Shown: piece by piece, positions 17,000 to 27,406 of the stretch | Position numbering within the stretch: position 1 is the stretch's first letter | How the letters are laid out: every line of letters begins with the position of its first letter | Assembly (NCBI GenBank): GCA_031262835.1 | Contig: JAISGY010000021.1 | Span: forward strand, 707 to 64,706 | Direction: 5' to 3' | Source: Ruminococcus sp. | GTDB taxonomy: Bacteria > Bacillota > Clostridia > Oscillospirales > Ruminococcaceae | Length of the DNA: 64,000 nucleotides | Program-made: the position numbers and the translations under genes | The notes under the pieces: generated by a model | What the model saw: the letters and a program-made list of their open reading frames with translations, nothing else | Told to the model about the DNA's origin: nothing | Database searches by the model: none

Positions 17000-17651
17000 C
17001 GATTTTATACCCCATTCCTCGCACAGTCCCGATAAAATCCTCGCCGAGCTTCTTGCGAATCCGCATTATGTGGTTATTAACAACCCGCTCGTCGCCGATA
17101 TAGTCGTAACCCCAGATGTTATTTAAGAGGTAGTCGCGGGTAAAAACGCGGTCTTTGTTTTCAAGAAACAGTTTTATAAGCTCAAATTCCATATATGTAA
17201 CAGGGACAGTATGCCCCGAAAGCTTTACCACACAAGCCTTGGTATCGAGCATAACATTCTTATACGTTAAAATGGCAGGCGGGGACTCGGGCAACTTGCG
17301 TCTTAAAACAGCTTCAATCCTTCGTATAACAAGGTTCATTGAAAACGGCTTTGTAATATAGTCGTCGGCTTTAAGGTCGAACCCCTTAATCTGATTTTCC
17401 TCCGTCTCGAGCGCGGTTAGAATTATCACCGGCACGTCGGAAACTTGACGTATAAGTTCAAGCGTCGCGAAACCGTCGATTTTAGGCATCATTATATCGA
17501 GCAGAACAAGGTCAAAGTTACCCTGTTTAACCTTAGCAACGCCCTCAACACCGTCTGCGGCAGTAATAACGCCGTAACCGTAATCGGTCAAGAATTCCTT
17601 CAAAATCTCGCGGATTTTTGCTTCATCTTCGACAATTAAAATGTTAGTCAT
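16992..17651 (-). CDS. OmpR-family response regulator
   Basis: REC domain (ILIVEDE, LVLLDIMMPKIDG, TALE..K) plus a winged-helix C-terminus. The start is taken at MTNILIVEDE. Confidence 0.9.
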   Translation of the reverse strand: MTNILIVEDEAKIREILKEFLTDYGYGVITAADGVEGVAKVKQGNFDLVLLDIMMPKIDGFATLELIRQVSDVPVIILTALETEENQIKGFDLKADDYITKPFSMNLVIRRIEAVLRRKLPESPPAILTYKNVMLDTKACVVKLSGHTVPVTYMEFELIKLFLENKDRVFTRDYLLNNIWGYDYIGDERVVNNHIMRIRKKLGEDFIGTVRGMGYKIGE

Positions 17652-17789
17652 GAGCTTTTCCCCTTTTATGCCATTATAACACAATTTTCGCGGAAAGTCA
17701 ACAGCTGAAATTTTTTTTGGGAAACCCCTTGCACAACCCATTATTTTGTGATATAATTAAAAGTGGAGTTTTTTACGAAAGGTGACTAA

Positions 17790-19079
17790 ATGAAGATAAG
17801 CGATCCGATTCCTCCGGTAAAGAACAGAATTACCATTGATGAGCGGATATTAAAATACGCCGAAAAGGCAGAGGCGAACTGCGCCCTGCGGTTTTCGGAG
17901 ATAGCGCGTGTTGCGCGTACAAACGGCGAAAAGGTTCTTAACGCCTTCATAAACTCGCGTATGAGTGCGAACTGCCTAACCGGGACGACGGGTTACGGCT
18001 ACGACGACGTTGGTCGAGACACTATCGACAAGGTTTTTGCCGAGGTCTTCGGTGCGGAAGATAGTCTTGTACGGCATAATTTCGTCTCGGGAACTCATGC
18101 AATAACCGTCGCGCTCTTCGGCTTGCTTAGGTCGGGCGACAAGCTTGTTAGCTTAACAGGCGCGCCGTACGACACTTTACGGCAGGGGATTTGCAGTGAC
18201 AAAAACGGTTCACTTGCAAGCTTCGGCATAACATACGAACAATCGGAGCTCCTTGCGGACGGTTCGGCTGACCTTGCGGACATCTTCCTTAAGGTCAAGA
18301 CCGCGAAGGTGGGGTTTATCCAACGTTCAAAGGGGTATTCACTTCGTCCCGCGCTGACTATTGCGAAGCTTTCGGAGATTATCAAATCTGCGCGTAACGC
18401 GAACCCCGACATCATTATCGTTGTCGATAACTGTTACGGGGAGTTTATAGAGACCTTGGAACCCTGCGACGTAGGCGCAGACCTCGTCGTAGGTTCTCTT
18501 ATCAAGAACCCGGGCGGCGGTATCGCCGAAACGGGAGGGTATATTGCGGGGAAAGAAGAACTTGTAGCAAGATGTGCCGACAGGCTCACCGCAATCGGCA
18601 TGGGGAAAGAGGTAGGCTGTTCCCTTAACCAGAACAAACCGATTGCGCAGGGGCTTTTCCTTGCTCCCGAAACGGTTGCAAATGCGCTTAGGACGGCGGC
18701 GTTCGCGGCTGAAATCTTCACGCTCTTGGGGTTCGAGACAACGCCTAAGCCCGGTGAAAAGGTCGGGGACATTGTTACCGCAATAAAAATGCCCGACGCA
18801 CAGAGCCTCATTTCCTTCTGTAAAGGCATACAAAAGGGCTCGCCGATCGACTCCCATCTAACCACAGAGCCGTGGGATATGCCGGGCTACGACAGCAAGG
18901 TTATCATGGCGGCGGGGGCGTTCAATATGGGTGCTTCAATCGAGATTTCCTGCGACGCGCCTATCCGTGAACCGTACGTTGCTTACCTTCAAGGCGGCTT
19001 AACCTACCCCACAGGGCGATTGGCGGTATTATCGGGGTTACAGGAAATGCTTAACAATCACTCGCTTAAACTATTTTAA
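17790..19079 (+). CDS. YnbB/aluminium-resistance family PLP enzyme (Met-gamma-lyase-like)
   Basis: TGYGYDDVGRDTIDKVFAEVFGAEDSLVRHNFVSGTHAI pattern, typical of this family. Confidence 0.75.
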   Translation: MKISDPIPPVKNRITIDERILKYAEKAEANCALRFSEIARVARTNGEKVLNAFINSRMSANCLTGTTGYGYDDVGRDTIDKVFAEVFGAEDSLVRHNFVSGTHAITVALFGLLRSGDKLVSLTGAPYDTLRQGICSDKNGSLASFGITYEQSELLADGSADLADIFLKVKTAKVGFIQRSKGYSLRPALTIAKLSEIIKSARNANPDIIIVVDNCYGEFIETLEPCDVGADLVVGSLIKNPGGGIAETGGYIAGKEELVARCADRLTAIGMGKEVGCSLNQNKPIAQGLFLAPETVANALRTAAFAAEIFTLLGFETTPKPGEKVGDIVTAIKMPDAQSLISFCKGIQKGSPIDSHLTTEPWDMPGYDSKVIMAAGAFNMGASIEISCDAPIREPYVAYLQGGLTYPTGRLAVLSGLQEMLNNHSLKLF

Positions 19080-19090
19080 GGAAGATAAAA

Positions 19091-19891
19091 ATGAATAGCA
19101 TAGGCTTTATCGGCGCGGGAAACATGGGAAGCGCGATAATTAAAGGTATACAAAGTTCCTTACCGGAAGTAAAAATCTCGGTATTCGACCCGAATTTAGA
19201 TAAGACAAAACTTAACGGAATTGACATATTAAAGTGTGAAGCCGCTATACTTGACAGTTGTAAATACGTCGTTTTAGCAGTAAAGCCGCAAATCTTGCCG
19301 GAGGTTCTTGGGAAAATCAAGGGGAATGTTACGGACGAGACGGTGCTTATTTCAATCTGCGCGGGGATTTCGGGAGCGTTTATTGAAACAGCAATCGGAA
19401 GGGCAGTTAAAACAGTCCTTGTAATGCCGAACACGCCGCTTATGGTGGGGGAAGGCGCGACGGTGTTGTCGAGACTCATGGAGGTTACGGACGAGGAATT
19501 CGCTTTCGTTAAGTCAATATTTGGCGCGTCGGGAGTGGTAGCAGAAATTCCTTACGATAAAATGAATGAGATAATCTGTGTTAATGCGTCAAGCCCTGCT
19601 TTTATCTACCTTTTCGCGAAGCCTTTTATTGAGTTTGCCGAAGAAAACGGTATAAAAGAAAGCGCGGCGAAACTACTATTTTCACAGGCACTTATAGGCG
19701 CGGCGAAGATGATACGGAAAAGCGGTTACAGTATTGACGAGCTGATAAAGATGGTGTCAAGTCCGGGCGGAACAACACTTGCGGGGCTTTCTGCACTATA
19801 TGACGGTAACTTTACCGAAACGGTTACGGAGGCTTGTAAACGTTGCACAGACAGGGCGTATGAACTTAGTGGTGACGCACCACGTCAGTAA
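19091..19891 (+). CDS. proC: pyrroline-5-carboxylate reductase
   Basis: IGFIGAGNMGSAII Rossmann motif and a C-terminal SPGGTT motif. Confidence 0.9.
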   Translation: MNSIGFIGAGNMGSAIIKGIQSSLPEVKISVFDPNLDKTKLNGIDILKCEAAILDSCKYVVLAVKPQILPEVLGKIKGNVTDETVLISICAGISGAFIETAIGRAVKTVLVMPNTPLMVGEGATVLSRLMEVTDEEFAFVKSIFGASGVVAEIPYDKMNEIICVNASSPAFIYLFAKPFIEFAEENGIKESAAKLLFSQALIGAAKMIRKSGYSIDELIKMVSSPGGTTLAGLSALYDGNFTETVTEACKRCTDRAYELSGDAPRQ

Positions 19892-19959
19892 TATTTATCG
19901 GCAGACCGGCATAAACTTCTGATATACGGGAAAATTTCGTGTAAAGGAAGAATTAAAAA

Positions 19960-20526
19960 ATGTCGGCTGTAAACACTCACGGAAAAGTAGTAAACCTCTC
20001 CCTCTTAGCGGCGGTTTTTATCGTCGGGATAATCGGCGGCGTAACGCTGTTTATGTTAGGCGGTGGCACACCGCAGGTTGGGATTCCCTACATGGACAAG
20101 GCTGACTTTATAGAGAGGGCAGTTGACGTTTTTACCCCCGCGTTCTTGTCGCTCGGTGCAATCTTCCTACTCGGTTTCGGAAGCATTTTCGCGGGATTTG
20201 TACCGCTTGTGCTCCTCTACAACGGGCTTCAAACAGGCTTAACCCTCGCGCATATTTACACATCGTCCCCGCCGCAAAAAATGTTTTTAGTGCTGTTCAT
20301 AATCGTACCGTACGCAGTTTTTTCCGCACTCGTTTTGATAGTAGGTTGCAGGGAGGCAATGCGGCTTTCGGTTTCGATTTTCAGGATTACAATTTCAAGC
20401 GGGTATCTGCCTGTTGACTATCGTCTTTACATAAATAAGTTCATAATTTTAACGGCAATTCTTCTTACAGGAGCGATAGGAAACGCCTTTATAAGCGGCG
20501 TTTTCACAAAAATTTTAGGAGTGTAA
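19960..20526 (+). CDS. integral membrane protein (possibly SpoIIM/DUF95-like)
   Basis: Five to six hydrophobic segments. The family assignment is weak. Confidence 0.5.
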   Translation: MSAVNTHGKVVNLSLLAAVFIVGIIGGVTLFMLGGGTPQVGIPYMDKADFIERAVDVFTPAFLSLGAIFLLGFGSIFAGFVPLVLLYNGLQTGLTLAHIYTSSPPQKMFLVLFIIVPYAVFSALVLIVGCREAMRLSVSIFRITISSGYLPVDYRLYINKFIILTAILLTGAIGNAFISGVFTKILGV

Positions 20527-20531
20527 AAAAA

Positions 20532-21356
20532 TTGGGTTTATTCACATCTGACTATGGGAAAGCCGGTCCGGGTATTGCAAAAAACGCACCGAAAAAGCGT
20601 TCGTTTTTCCGCTTTTTCGAGCTGTTTTTCCGCAAGTTTTGGAAGCTTTTAGAACTTAATCTGCTGACATTTTTCTTCTGTATTCCGATAGTTACAATCG
20701 GTCCTGCGCTTGCTGGAATGACGAAGGTTTTGCGCAGTTTCGCACTCGAAAAAAGTGTTTTCATGGTGCACGATTTCATGAAGGGATTTAAGGACAACTG
20801 GAAGATGTCGCTGCCGGTCGGGATTATCGACGTGTTCGTGCTTGCGTCGGTGCTTTCGGGGCTTTATATCTACCCCCGAATGGCGGCAGAGAATGAAAAT
20901 GGGACGCTTTTTATCATACTTTGCGTTATAACCGTAAGCTTCGGGTTAACGCTTCTTATGATGAATTTTTATATCTTCCCGATGATTGTTGCGGTTGACC
21001 TTAACCTTAAGCAGATAATCAAGACAAGCTTTTTCCTAACCGCCCGCGCCTTGCTCACAAACCTTTTGACGCTCTTTATCTTCGCTGTAATCGTCTTCGC
21101 AGTCGTTTTCGGCTCGCTTTATAACTACCTCGTAATGCTTATAATTCCGATTATACTCTTGTCGCTTTTGGGGTTTATTGTCGTCTACCGCAGTTACCCC
21201 GTAATACAAAAATACGTAATCAACCCCTTCTACGAGGAACGCGGGGAGATTAATCCCGAGCTTACAATCGGCAAATCCGACTCCGCAGTCTTCACAGACA
21301 AGGGCGGAACAGAAGCCCCGATAAAGGCAAAAAGCCGAAAAAAAACAATTTCTTAG
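20532..21356 (+). CDS. YesL/DUF624-family membrane protein
   Basis: N-terminal F.RFFELFFRKFWKLLELNLLTFFFCIPIVTIGPALAGM is typical of DUF624. Uses a TTG start. Confidence 0.7.
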   Translation: MGLFTSDYGKAGPGIAKNAPKKRSFFRFFELFFRKFWKLLELNLLTFFFCIPIVTIGPALAGMTKVLRSFALEKSVFMVHDFMKGFKDNWKMSLPVGIIDVFVLASVLSGLYIYPRMAAENENGTLFIILCVITVSFGLTLLMMNFYIFPMIVAVDLNLKQIIKTSFFLTARALLTNLLTLFIFAVIVFAVVFGSLYNYLVMLIIPIILLSLLGFIVVYRSYPVIQKYVINPFYEERGEINPELTIGKSDSAVFTDKGGTEAPIKAKSRKKTIS

Positions 21357-21365
21357 AGGTGTAAA

Positions 21366-22424
21366 ATGTACCTTTACTTTGCCGACAACAGCTTCTTCGA
21401 TTACATGGGGAGAGCCGATATTTCCGACCCAAAAGCGGTTAAATTCTTCTATGCCGGAACGCTTGTGAGATTCCGCTTTACGGGCAATTCCCTCACAGCA
21501 ATTCTTAACCGAACCGAGCTTTACGGTTGCCAATGGATAACCGCAGTAATTGACGATAAGGTTTACACCGTCAAGAGCGATTTTGCCGACAACGACCACG
21601 ACCTTGCCGTAAATTTTGCGGACGACCTTGAAGACACCGTTCACACCGCTTATATTGTTAAGCGGCATGAGACCAACGAGCGGTTTATTTTCAAGGGCGT
21701 GATTGTTAAAAACCTGCTTCCGCCGAACTTTACGGACAAGCTTAAAATCGAGGTTTTCGGCGACAGCGTCTGCGCGGGGGAACTCACCGAGGCAGTCGGT
21801 TTCGAGGGGCATGAAGACCCGGAAAACAGCAACTTCGCCTATGATAATGTGCTAAATAGTTTCGTAATGCTCGCGGCGAAATCGCTTTCTGCGCGTATTC
21901 ACAACAACTCGCAGGGAGGGTTAGCACTCCTTGACGGGACGGGTTGGTTTCACGCTCCGGAATACATCGGGCTTGAAAGTACGTTCGACAAGATGTGTTA
22001 CACCACAGAACTTGGCGAAATTTCGGCTTGGGATTTTACACTTTACACTCCCGATATTGTTATAATTGAAATTGCGCAAAACGATTCGCATGACGGTGTT
22101 AACGATATTTTTGACCTTAAATTTCGCGGTGAAGAGCACTACAAACTTTGGACAACAAAGTACAAAGAGATTGTTCGGACGCTTCACGGACACTACAAAA
22201 CCGCAAAATACATATTCACAACAACGGTTCTTAACCACGACAAATGTTGGGACGAAGCCCTTGAAAAGATTGCGGAAGAATTAACTCAAGAAGGCATACC
22301 ATGTTACAAAAACACGTTTGAAAATAACGGCGTTTTAACCCCCGGGCACCCGCGAACGGCGGAGCAAGAAAAGATGGCTTGTGAACTTAAAAATTTTATC
22401 GGGAAGTTAATTTATGAAAACTGA
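21366..22424 (+). CDS. SGNH/GDSL hydrolase with an N-terminal beta-sandwich (CE2-like acetyl esterase)
   Basis: VFGDSVCAGE block I and a later QNDSHD block. Confidence 0.65.
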   Translation: MYLYFADNSFFDYMGRADISDPKAVKFFYAGTLVRFRFTGNSLTAILNRTELYGCQWITAVIDDKVYTVKSDFADNDHDLAVNFADDLEDTVHTAYIVKRHETNERFIFKGVIVKNLLPPNFTDKLKIEVFGDSVCAGELTEAVGFEGHEDPENSNFAYDNVLNSFVMLAAKSLSARIHNNSQGGLALLDGTGWFHAPEYIGLESTFDKMCYTTELGEISAWDFTLYTPDIVIIEIAQNDSHDGVNDIFDLKFRGEEHYKLWTTKYKEIVRTLHGHYKTAKYIFTTTVLNHDKCWDEALEKIAEELTQEGIPCYKNTFENNGVLTPGHPRTAEQEKMACELKNFIGKLIYEN

Positions 22425-24387
22425 ATTAAAAAACGACAGATGGAGCCTTGTTGACGCGCTTGTCAGACTTAATATGCCGGTAGTTGTTACAGACATAGCT
22501 ATCCGCGAGATTTACCACATCTCTCCCGCGCTGTTTTCTATGCCCGGGATACCGGAATATAACGATGAAGTTGACTCTAATCGTGCGCCGAACGAGTGGC
22601 TGGATTCGATTTTTGCGTCAACTGCGGAAAATGCGAAACTCCTTTATGAGCTTAAGTCCGAAGCTAAGGCAGGGGACTCTCCGGCGAGGATTTTTCGTAT
22701 CGGCGAACACACAATTCGCATAAGCTCTTCACATCTTTTTGCCGATGACGGCGAGCGGATTGTGCTCTTTACGTTTGCCGATTTAACGGACGATTTTAAC
22801 GTTGTTAAGGCTCGTTACGAAGATGAACTTGCGCACTACAAATCCCTTATCAACTACGCGTTTTGCGGGATAATTCGTTATGAGCGCGAGATGGACGGCT
22901 ATAAGGTTGTCGAAGCGAACGACATGGCGGCGAAGATTGCGGGGATTTCTTCAAGCGATGAGCTTTTCAAAAAAGGGTTTACCGACCTCGAAAAATTAGT
23001 TTATCCCGACGATTACAACATGATAAAAACAGGCTTCGATAACCTTCTTTATATCGGCGACAGCTTCTATTTTACGCAGCGCATTATCAACCTTAAAACG
23101 AAGGAAATCTGTTTCATAACCGGCATTGCGGTTGCGGTCAACATTCCGGGCTCTGACTCGGAAAGCGGGAAAAATTACATACAAAGCACATTTATAAACA
23201 CAACCGACCGCGCTGACCTTGAAGACGCGAAACGAAAACTTTTGCAACTTGAATCAAGGCTTTTTGAAGCTGAAAATATCAATAAACAGAAAAATTCTCT
23301 TCTTGAAGAGGTTGCCGGGAACATTAAAACTAACCTCAATAACATTGTCGGAAAGGCAGTTATTGCGAAGACGCGTCCCGAAAAGATTGCGGAAAATGTT
23401 GATTCAATTACCGAGTCTTCGAGGGCGGTAATTGAGCTTGTTAACAACGTTCTCGACATCGCAATGATTGAAGAGCGGAAACTTTTCCTCAACGACTCGC
23501 AATTTGAAATCGGCGAATTCTTTGAAAATATCAAGTCCTCATCATTGCCCGCCGCACGTGCGAAATCACAACAGTTAAGTGTGAGCTACAATAACATCGT
23601 CCATTCGTCGGTTATCGGCGACAGCGCAAGGCTTGAAACAATCTTCACAAACCTTCTTTCAAACGCCGTTAAATTCACGCCCGCAGGCGGTCTCATAAGC
23701 ATTACCGTGACCGAAACGCTGTTTAAGCACGGCGTGTGCAGTTTCTCCGTTCAGATTAGCGATAACGGTGTCGGAATGTCGAAAGAAAAGCTGATGACTG
23801 TTCTTTCGCCTTACTCTTCGCGGAGCAAAAAGCAGGGTGAGATTGATGGGTATGGCTTGCCCCTTGCGAATGAACTTATCAAGCTTTTGGGCGGGACAAT
23901 CCGCATTGAAAGCAACCCCGGAATCGGGACAAATGTCTTCGCGGACTTTTCTCTCAAGGCGAAACTCTCGAAGAATTTCATCGACGAAAAGACTGAATAT
24001 TCATTTGAAGGAAAGCAGATTTTGCTCGCGGAGGACAATGAAATTACCCGCGATATGTTTGCGGAACTGCTTGAAGCGGAGGGCGCGCTTGTCGAAAAAG
24101 TCGGTGACGGGTATAAGGCGGTTGAAGCTTTTGAAACGTCGTCTGTTTATCATTTCGATATGATTTTCATGGACATTGCGATGCCGGAAATGGACGGAAT
24201 TGAAGCGACGAAACGTATTCGTTCGATGTACCGCCCCGACGCGCGAACCATTCCGATTATTGCGTTAACCGCGAAATCCCCGGGCGAAGAGATTGCGAAG
24301 GGGCTTAACCTCGGCATGGACGCCTACGAACAAAAACCTTTCGATATGAAGCGGATTAAGAAGCTTCTGTCTGTAATAAGCGTATAA
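22414..24387 (+). CDS. hybrid sensor kinase/response regulator (PAS-like, degenerate HisKA, HATPase, REC)
   Basis: N-box NLLSNAVKFTP, G1 DNGVGMS, G2 GYGLPLA. REC domain with LAEDN, FMDIAMPEMDG and ALTAK. The H-box position reads VAGNIKTNLNN, with no His. Confidence 0.8.
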   Translation: MKTELKNDRWSLVDALVRLNMPVVVTDIAIREIYHISPALFSMPGIPEYNDEVDSNRAPNEWLDSIFASTAENAKLLYELKSEAKAGDSPARIFRIGEHTIRISSSHLFADDGERIVLFTFADLTDDFNVVKARYEDELAHYKSLINYAFCGIIRYEREMDGYKVVEANDMAAKIAGISSSDELFKKGFTDLEKLVYPDDYNMIKTGFDNLLYIGDSFYFTQRIINLKTKEICFITGIAVAVNIPGSDSESGKNYIQSTFINTTDRADLEDAKRKLLQLESRLFEAENINKQKNSLLEEVAGNIKTNLNNIVGKAVIAKTRPEKIAENVDSITESSRAVIELVNNVLDIAMIEERKLFLNDSQFEIGEFFENIKSSSLPAARAKSQQLSVSYNNIVHSSVIGDSARLETIFTNLLSNAVKFTPAGGLISITVTETLFKHGVCSFSVQISDNGVGMSKEKLMTVLSPYSSRSKKQGEIDGYGLPLANELIKLLGGTIRIESNPGIGTNVFADFSLKAKLSKNFIDEKTEYSFEGKQILLAEDNEITRDMFAELLEAEGALVEKVGDGYKAVEAFETSSVYHFDMIFMDIAMPEMDGIEATKRIRSMYRPDARTIPIIALTAKSPGEEIAKGLNLGMDAYEQKPFDMKRIKKLLSVISV

Positions 24388-24406
24388 AAAGAAAGAGGTA
24401 TGAGTC

Positions 24407-25987
24407 ATGGGAATTTTAACTTGCGCGGCGATTTTTTCCGATAATATGGTGCTCCAGAGAAACAAGCCTGTAAAGGTTTGGGGGCACGCTTACCGCAATG
24501 ATGTTATTGAGGTTGAAATTGCAGGAGTGAAAGCAAGTGCGGTTGCCGTCAGGAATTCTTGGGTTTTAACGCTTCCGCCTATGAAAGAGGCAACCGGCTT
24601 AACTATGACGGTTAAGAAACAAGGTCACCCGGAAGATACCATTACATTCAAAAACGTTGCGGTCGGGGAAGTTTGGCTCTGCGGCGGTCAATCCAATATG
24701 GAGTACGAGCTTCAAAACGCTAAAGATGGTGCAAAGTACATCGCCGAAGCACCCGAAAAGGCGAAGGAGCAGGGTAAAGATATTCGCTTTTATTACACGA
24801 AAAAATACGCCGTTAACGATGAGTTTTTCTACATTGACGAGCGCGCAAATGCTTGGCACCCTATCGGCGAGAGCATGGAAAACTGGTCGGCGGTGGGCTT
24901 TCATTTCGCTTGGGAGATTGCAGAAACTGTCGGCTGTACGGTCGGTTTTATCGGTTGCAGTTGGGGCGGGACTTCAATCTGTAACTGGATAAGCGTTGAC
25001 AACCACAAGCGGTCTGCTTCGGGGAATTTTTATCTTGACGAATATAACGGCGTAATGGCAGCAAAAACTTATGATGAGTACCTCGCCGAAGTTGAGGCGG
25101 AAAACAGTTGGTTCGACGACTGGCAGCCGAAGATTGCGGAGTTTTACTCTATCCATTACCCCGAACACCCGCCCTTCTCCGAGGCGGAGGAATATGCGGG
25201 CGAAAAGGGGCACTATCCCGGACCGATGGGACCGTTTTCGTTCCTGCGCCCGGGCGGACTCTATGAGACAATGCTCTCGCGGGTCGCGCCGTATACCCTC
25301 ACCGGCTTCATCTACTATCAGGGCGAAACTGACGACAGCAAGCCCACGCACTATTACGAGATGATGAAGCTGCTTGTTGACTGTTGGCGCGAGACTTGGG
25401 ACGACGGGGACTTGCCGTTTATCTTCACGCAACTCCCGATGTGGCTGCCGCTTGGCGGGGAGGACATTAAGAACTGGGCAAGGGTTCGCGCCGGGCAGAT
25501 GAAGGCGTACAAATTCATCAAGAACACCGGGCTCGCGATTATAACCGATTGCGGCGAATACGACAACCTCCACCCCCTCGACAAACTCCCTGTAGGACAC
25601 CGCCTCGCGCTTCAAGCGAAGTACCTTGTCTACGGTGCAATTTCCGCAAGTGAAGCAAACGCACCGCAGCTTCTTTACACTCGCCCGATTGACCACGGAA
25701 TTGAGCTTTACTTCAAGTACGCCGACGAGGGTTTCGACATTTTAGACAAGCCGAACGGACCGAATGTTAAGCATACTCCGACCTACACATTTGAGCTTGC
25801 AACGGCGAACGGGAAGTTTATCGAGCCGACAGAAGTTATACTTGAAAACGGCAAGGTTACACTTATTAACCCTGCAATAAAAACCTCCGCGATGTACGCA
25901 AGGTACAATTTCGCGAATTTCTGTGAAGTTCCGCTTTTTGGGAAAAACGGTCTGCCGCTGGCACCCTTTAATACTTTTGAGGAATAA
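24407..25987 (+). CDS. sialate O-acetylesterase-like (SASA family) carbohydrate esterase
   Basis: GEVWLCGGQSNME catalytic motif and a later YQGETD. Confidence 0.8.
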   Translation: MGILTCAAIFSDNMVLQRNKPVKVWGHAYRNDVIEVEIAGVKASAVAVRNSWVLTLPPMKEATGLTMTVKKQGHPEDTITFKNVAVGEVWLCGGQSNMEYELQNAKDGAKYIAEAPEKAKEQGKDIRFYYTKKYAVNDEFFYIDERANAWHPIGESMENWSAVGFHFAWEIAETVGCTVGFIGCSWGGTSICNWISVDNHKRSASGNFYLDEYNGVMAAKTYDEYLAEVEAENSWFDDWQPKIAEFYSIHYPEHPPFSEAEEYAGEKGHYPGPMGPFSFLRPGGLYETMLSRVAPYTLTGFIYYQGETDDSKPTHYYEMMKLLVDCWRETWDDGDLPFIFTQLPMWLPLGGEDIKNWARVRAGQMKAYKFIKNTGLAIITDCGEYDNLHPLDKLPVGHRLALQAKYLVYGAISASEANAPQLLYTRPIDHGIELYFKYADEGFDILDKPNGPNVKHTPTYTFELATANGKFIEPTEVILENGKVTLINPAIKTSAMYARYNFANFCEVPLFGKNGLPLAPFNTFEE

Positions 25988-25992
25988 AAAAA

Positions 25993-26856
25993 ATGAAGAT
26001 AGCCGACAAATTCGGGCGGGGGAAAACGCTCTTTTCGCTCGAAGTTTTCCCGCCGAAAAAGGACAGCAGTATCGAGGGAATTTACAAATGTATCGACGAA
26101 GTAAGTGCTTATAACCCCGACTACATCAGCGTAACCTTCGGCGCGGCGGGGAGTTCAGCCGACACGGCGCGTTCGGTCGAGCTTACTTCCTACATTCAAA
26201 ACAAAGGCATAACCGCCTCAATGCACCTCACCTGTATAGCAAGTTCGGAATCGGACATTATAAGTATTACAAACGACCTTAAGGCTCGCGGTATTGACAA
26301 TATTTTAGTGCTTCGCGGCGATATGCCGGCGGATTTGTCGATTACAAAACATGATTTTGCGTACGCTTCCGACCTTGCGAAATTTGTGTCAAAGATAGGC
26401 GGTTTCGGGATTTCGGGAGCTTGTTACCCCGAAATGCATAGGGAGGCGGCGTCTTTCGCGGAGGACATAAAGCACCTTAAGATAAAGGTTGAAAACGGCG
26501 TTTCTCACCTTGTTTCGCAACTCTTTTTCGACAACGAGATTTTTTACGATTTTAGGGAAAAACTCGCGATAGCCGGGATTGATGTGCCGCTCGACGCAGG
26601 GATAATGCCGGTCACAAACGCTGCACAGATTCAGAAGATGGTTACGATGTGCGGGGCGTCGATTCCGCCGAAACTCGCACGGATTATAACTAAATTCGGC
26701 GACAACCCCGAAGCTATGGCGGACGCGGGAATTTCATACGCTATCGACCAGATTACCGACCTTATCGCTTCCGATGTCGATGGAATACATCTGTATGCGA
26801 TGAATAACGCGAATGTCGTACGGCGGATTCACGAAAGCATTAATTCTCAACTATGA
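25993..26856 (+). CDS. metF: methylenetetrahydrofolate reductase
   Basis: LFSLEVFPPKK and VTFGAAGS motifs, and its position upstream of metH. Confidence 0.85.
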   Translation: MKIADKFGRGKTLFSLEVFPPKKDSSIEGIYKCIDEVSAYNPDYISVTFGAAGSSADTARSVELTSYIQNKGITASMHLTCIASSESDIISITNDLKARGIDNILVLRGDMPADLSITKHDFAYASDLAKFVSKIGGFGISGACYPEMHREAASFAEDIKHLKIKVENGVSHLVSQLFFDNEIFYDFREKLAIAGIDVPLDAGIMPVTNAAQIQKMVTMCGASIPPKLARIITKFGDNPEAMADAGISYAIDQITDLIASDVDGIHLYAMNNANVVRRIHESINSQL

Positions 26857-27401
26857 TTGAAGAAATAAACTTAGCCGAAACGTTTTCGTATCTCGGGTTT
26901 AGGGGCGACCTCCCCGACGAACGTATCATGTCGGCGATAAAGCGGTGTGAAGGCGTTTTGCTTGACACTATAACTCCGAGGTTTATCTATAAGGTAACAG
27001 AGACGGCAAACCCGCTCCTTGTCGGAAACGACATAGCAGAGCTTCTTGCGGACTGCGAAAAGGCGGCAATATTTTGCTGTACGCTCGGGCAACAGACCGA
27101 CAGGCTTATTATAAGCGCGGGTGTCAGAGACTTGTCGGAGCAGCTTTATTACGACGCGCTGGCGAACGCCGCGATAGAACAGGTTTGCGACAAGGCGGAG
27201 GAAATCATTCGCAAAGCGTACCCCGAATACTCGTTAACAACACGTTTTTCCCCGGGGTACGGGGACTTTCCGCTTGCCCTCCAGCCGCGGATTATAGAGT
27301 TTTTGGACGCAAAAAAGCTTATCGGCGTAACCGTTAACGAAAGCCTTCTCATGGTACCTACAAAATCAGTTTCGGCAGTGTTGGGATTAAAAAAAGGATA
27401 G
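26853..27401 (+). CDS. stand-alone B12-dependent methionine synthase activation (AdoMet-binding) domain protein
   Basis: RFSPGYGDFPL motif, an ATGA overlap with metF, and an adjacent MetH that lacks this domain. Confidence 0.75.
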   Translation: MIEEINLAETFSYLGFRGDLPDERIMSAIKRCEGVLLDTITPRFIYKVTETANPLLVGNDIAELLADCEKAAIFCCTLGQQTDRLIISAGVRDLSEQLYYDALANAAIEQVCDKAEEIIRKAYPEYSLTTRFSPGYGDFPLALQPRIIEFLDAKKLIGVTVNESLLMVPTKSVSAVLGLKKG

Positions 27402-27406
27402 TTATT

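Noticed and set aside
21036-21812. 258-aa minus-strand ORF spanning the DUF624/esterase junction, and similar long antisense ORFs (24974-25696, 46045-46641, 16424-17035, 18339-18857, 32371-33039, 28873-29415, 57980-58582)
   Set aside because: Each lies entirely opposite a gene with clear family motifs. Their compositions are typical of antisense translation, and none has a recognisable domain.
25988-25992. An expected SAM, B12 or T-box leader upstream of metF/metH, and a purine riboswitch upstream of guaA
   Set aside because: metF starts 6 nt after the preceding gene, and guaA starts about 30 nt after its -10 box. There is no room for a riboswitch.
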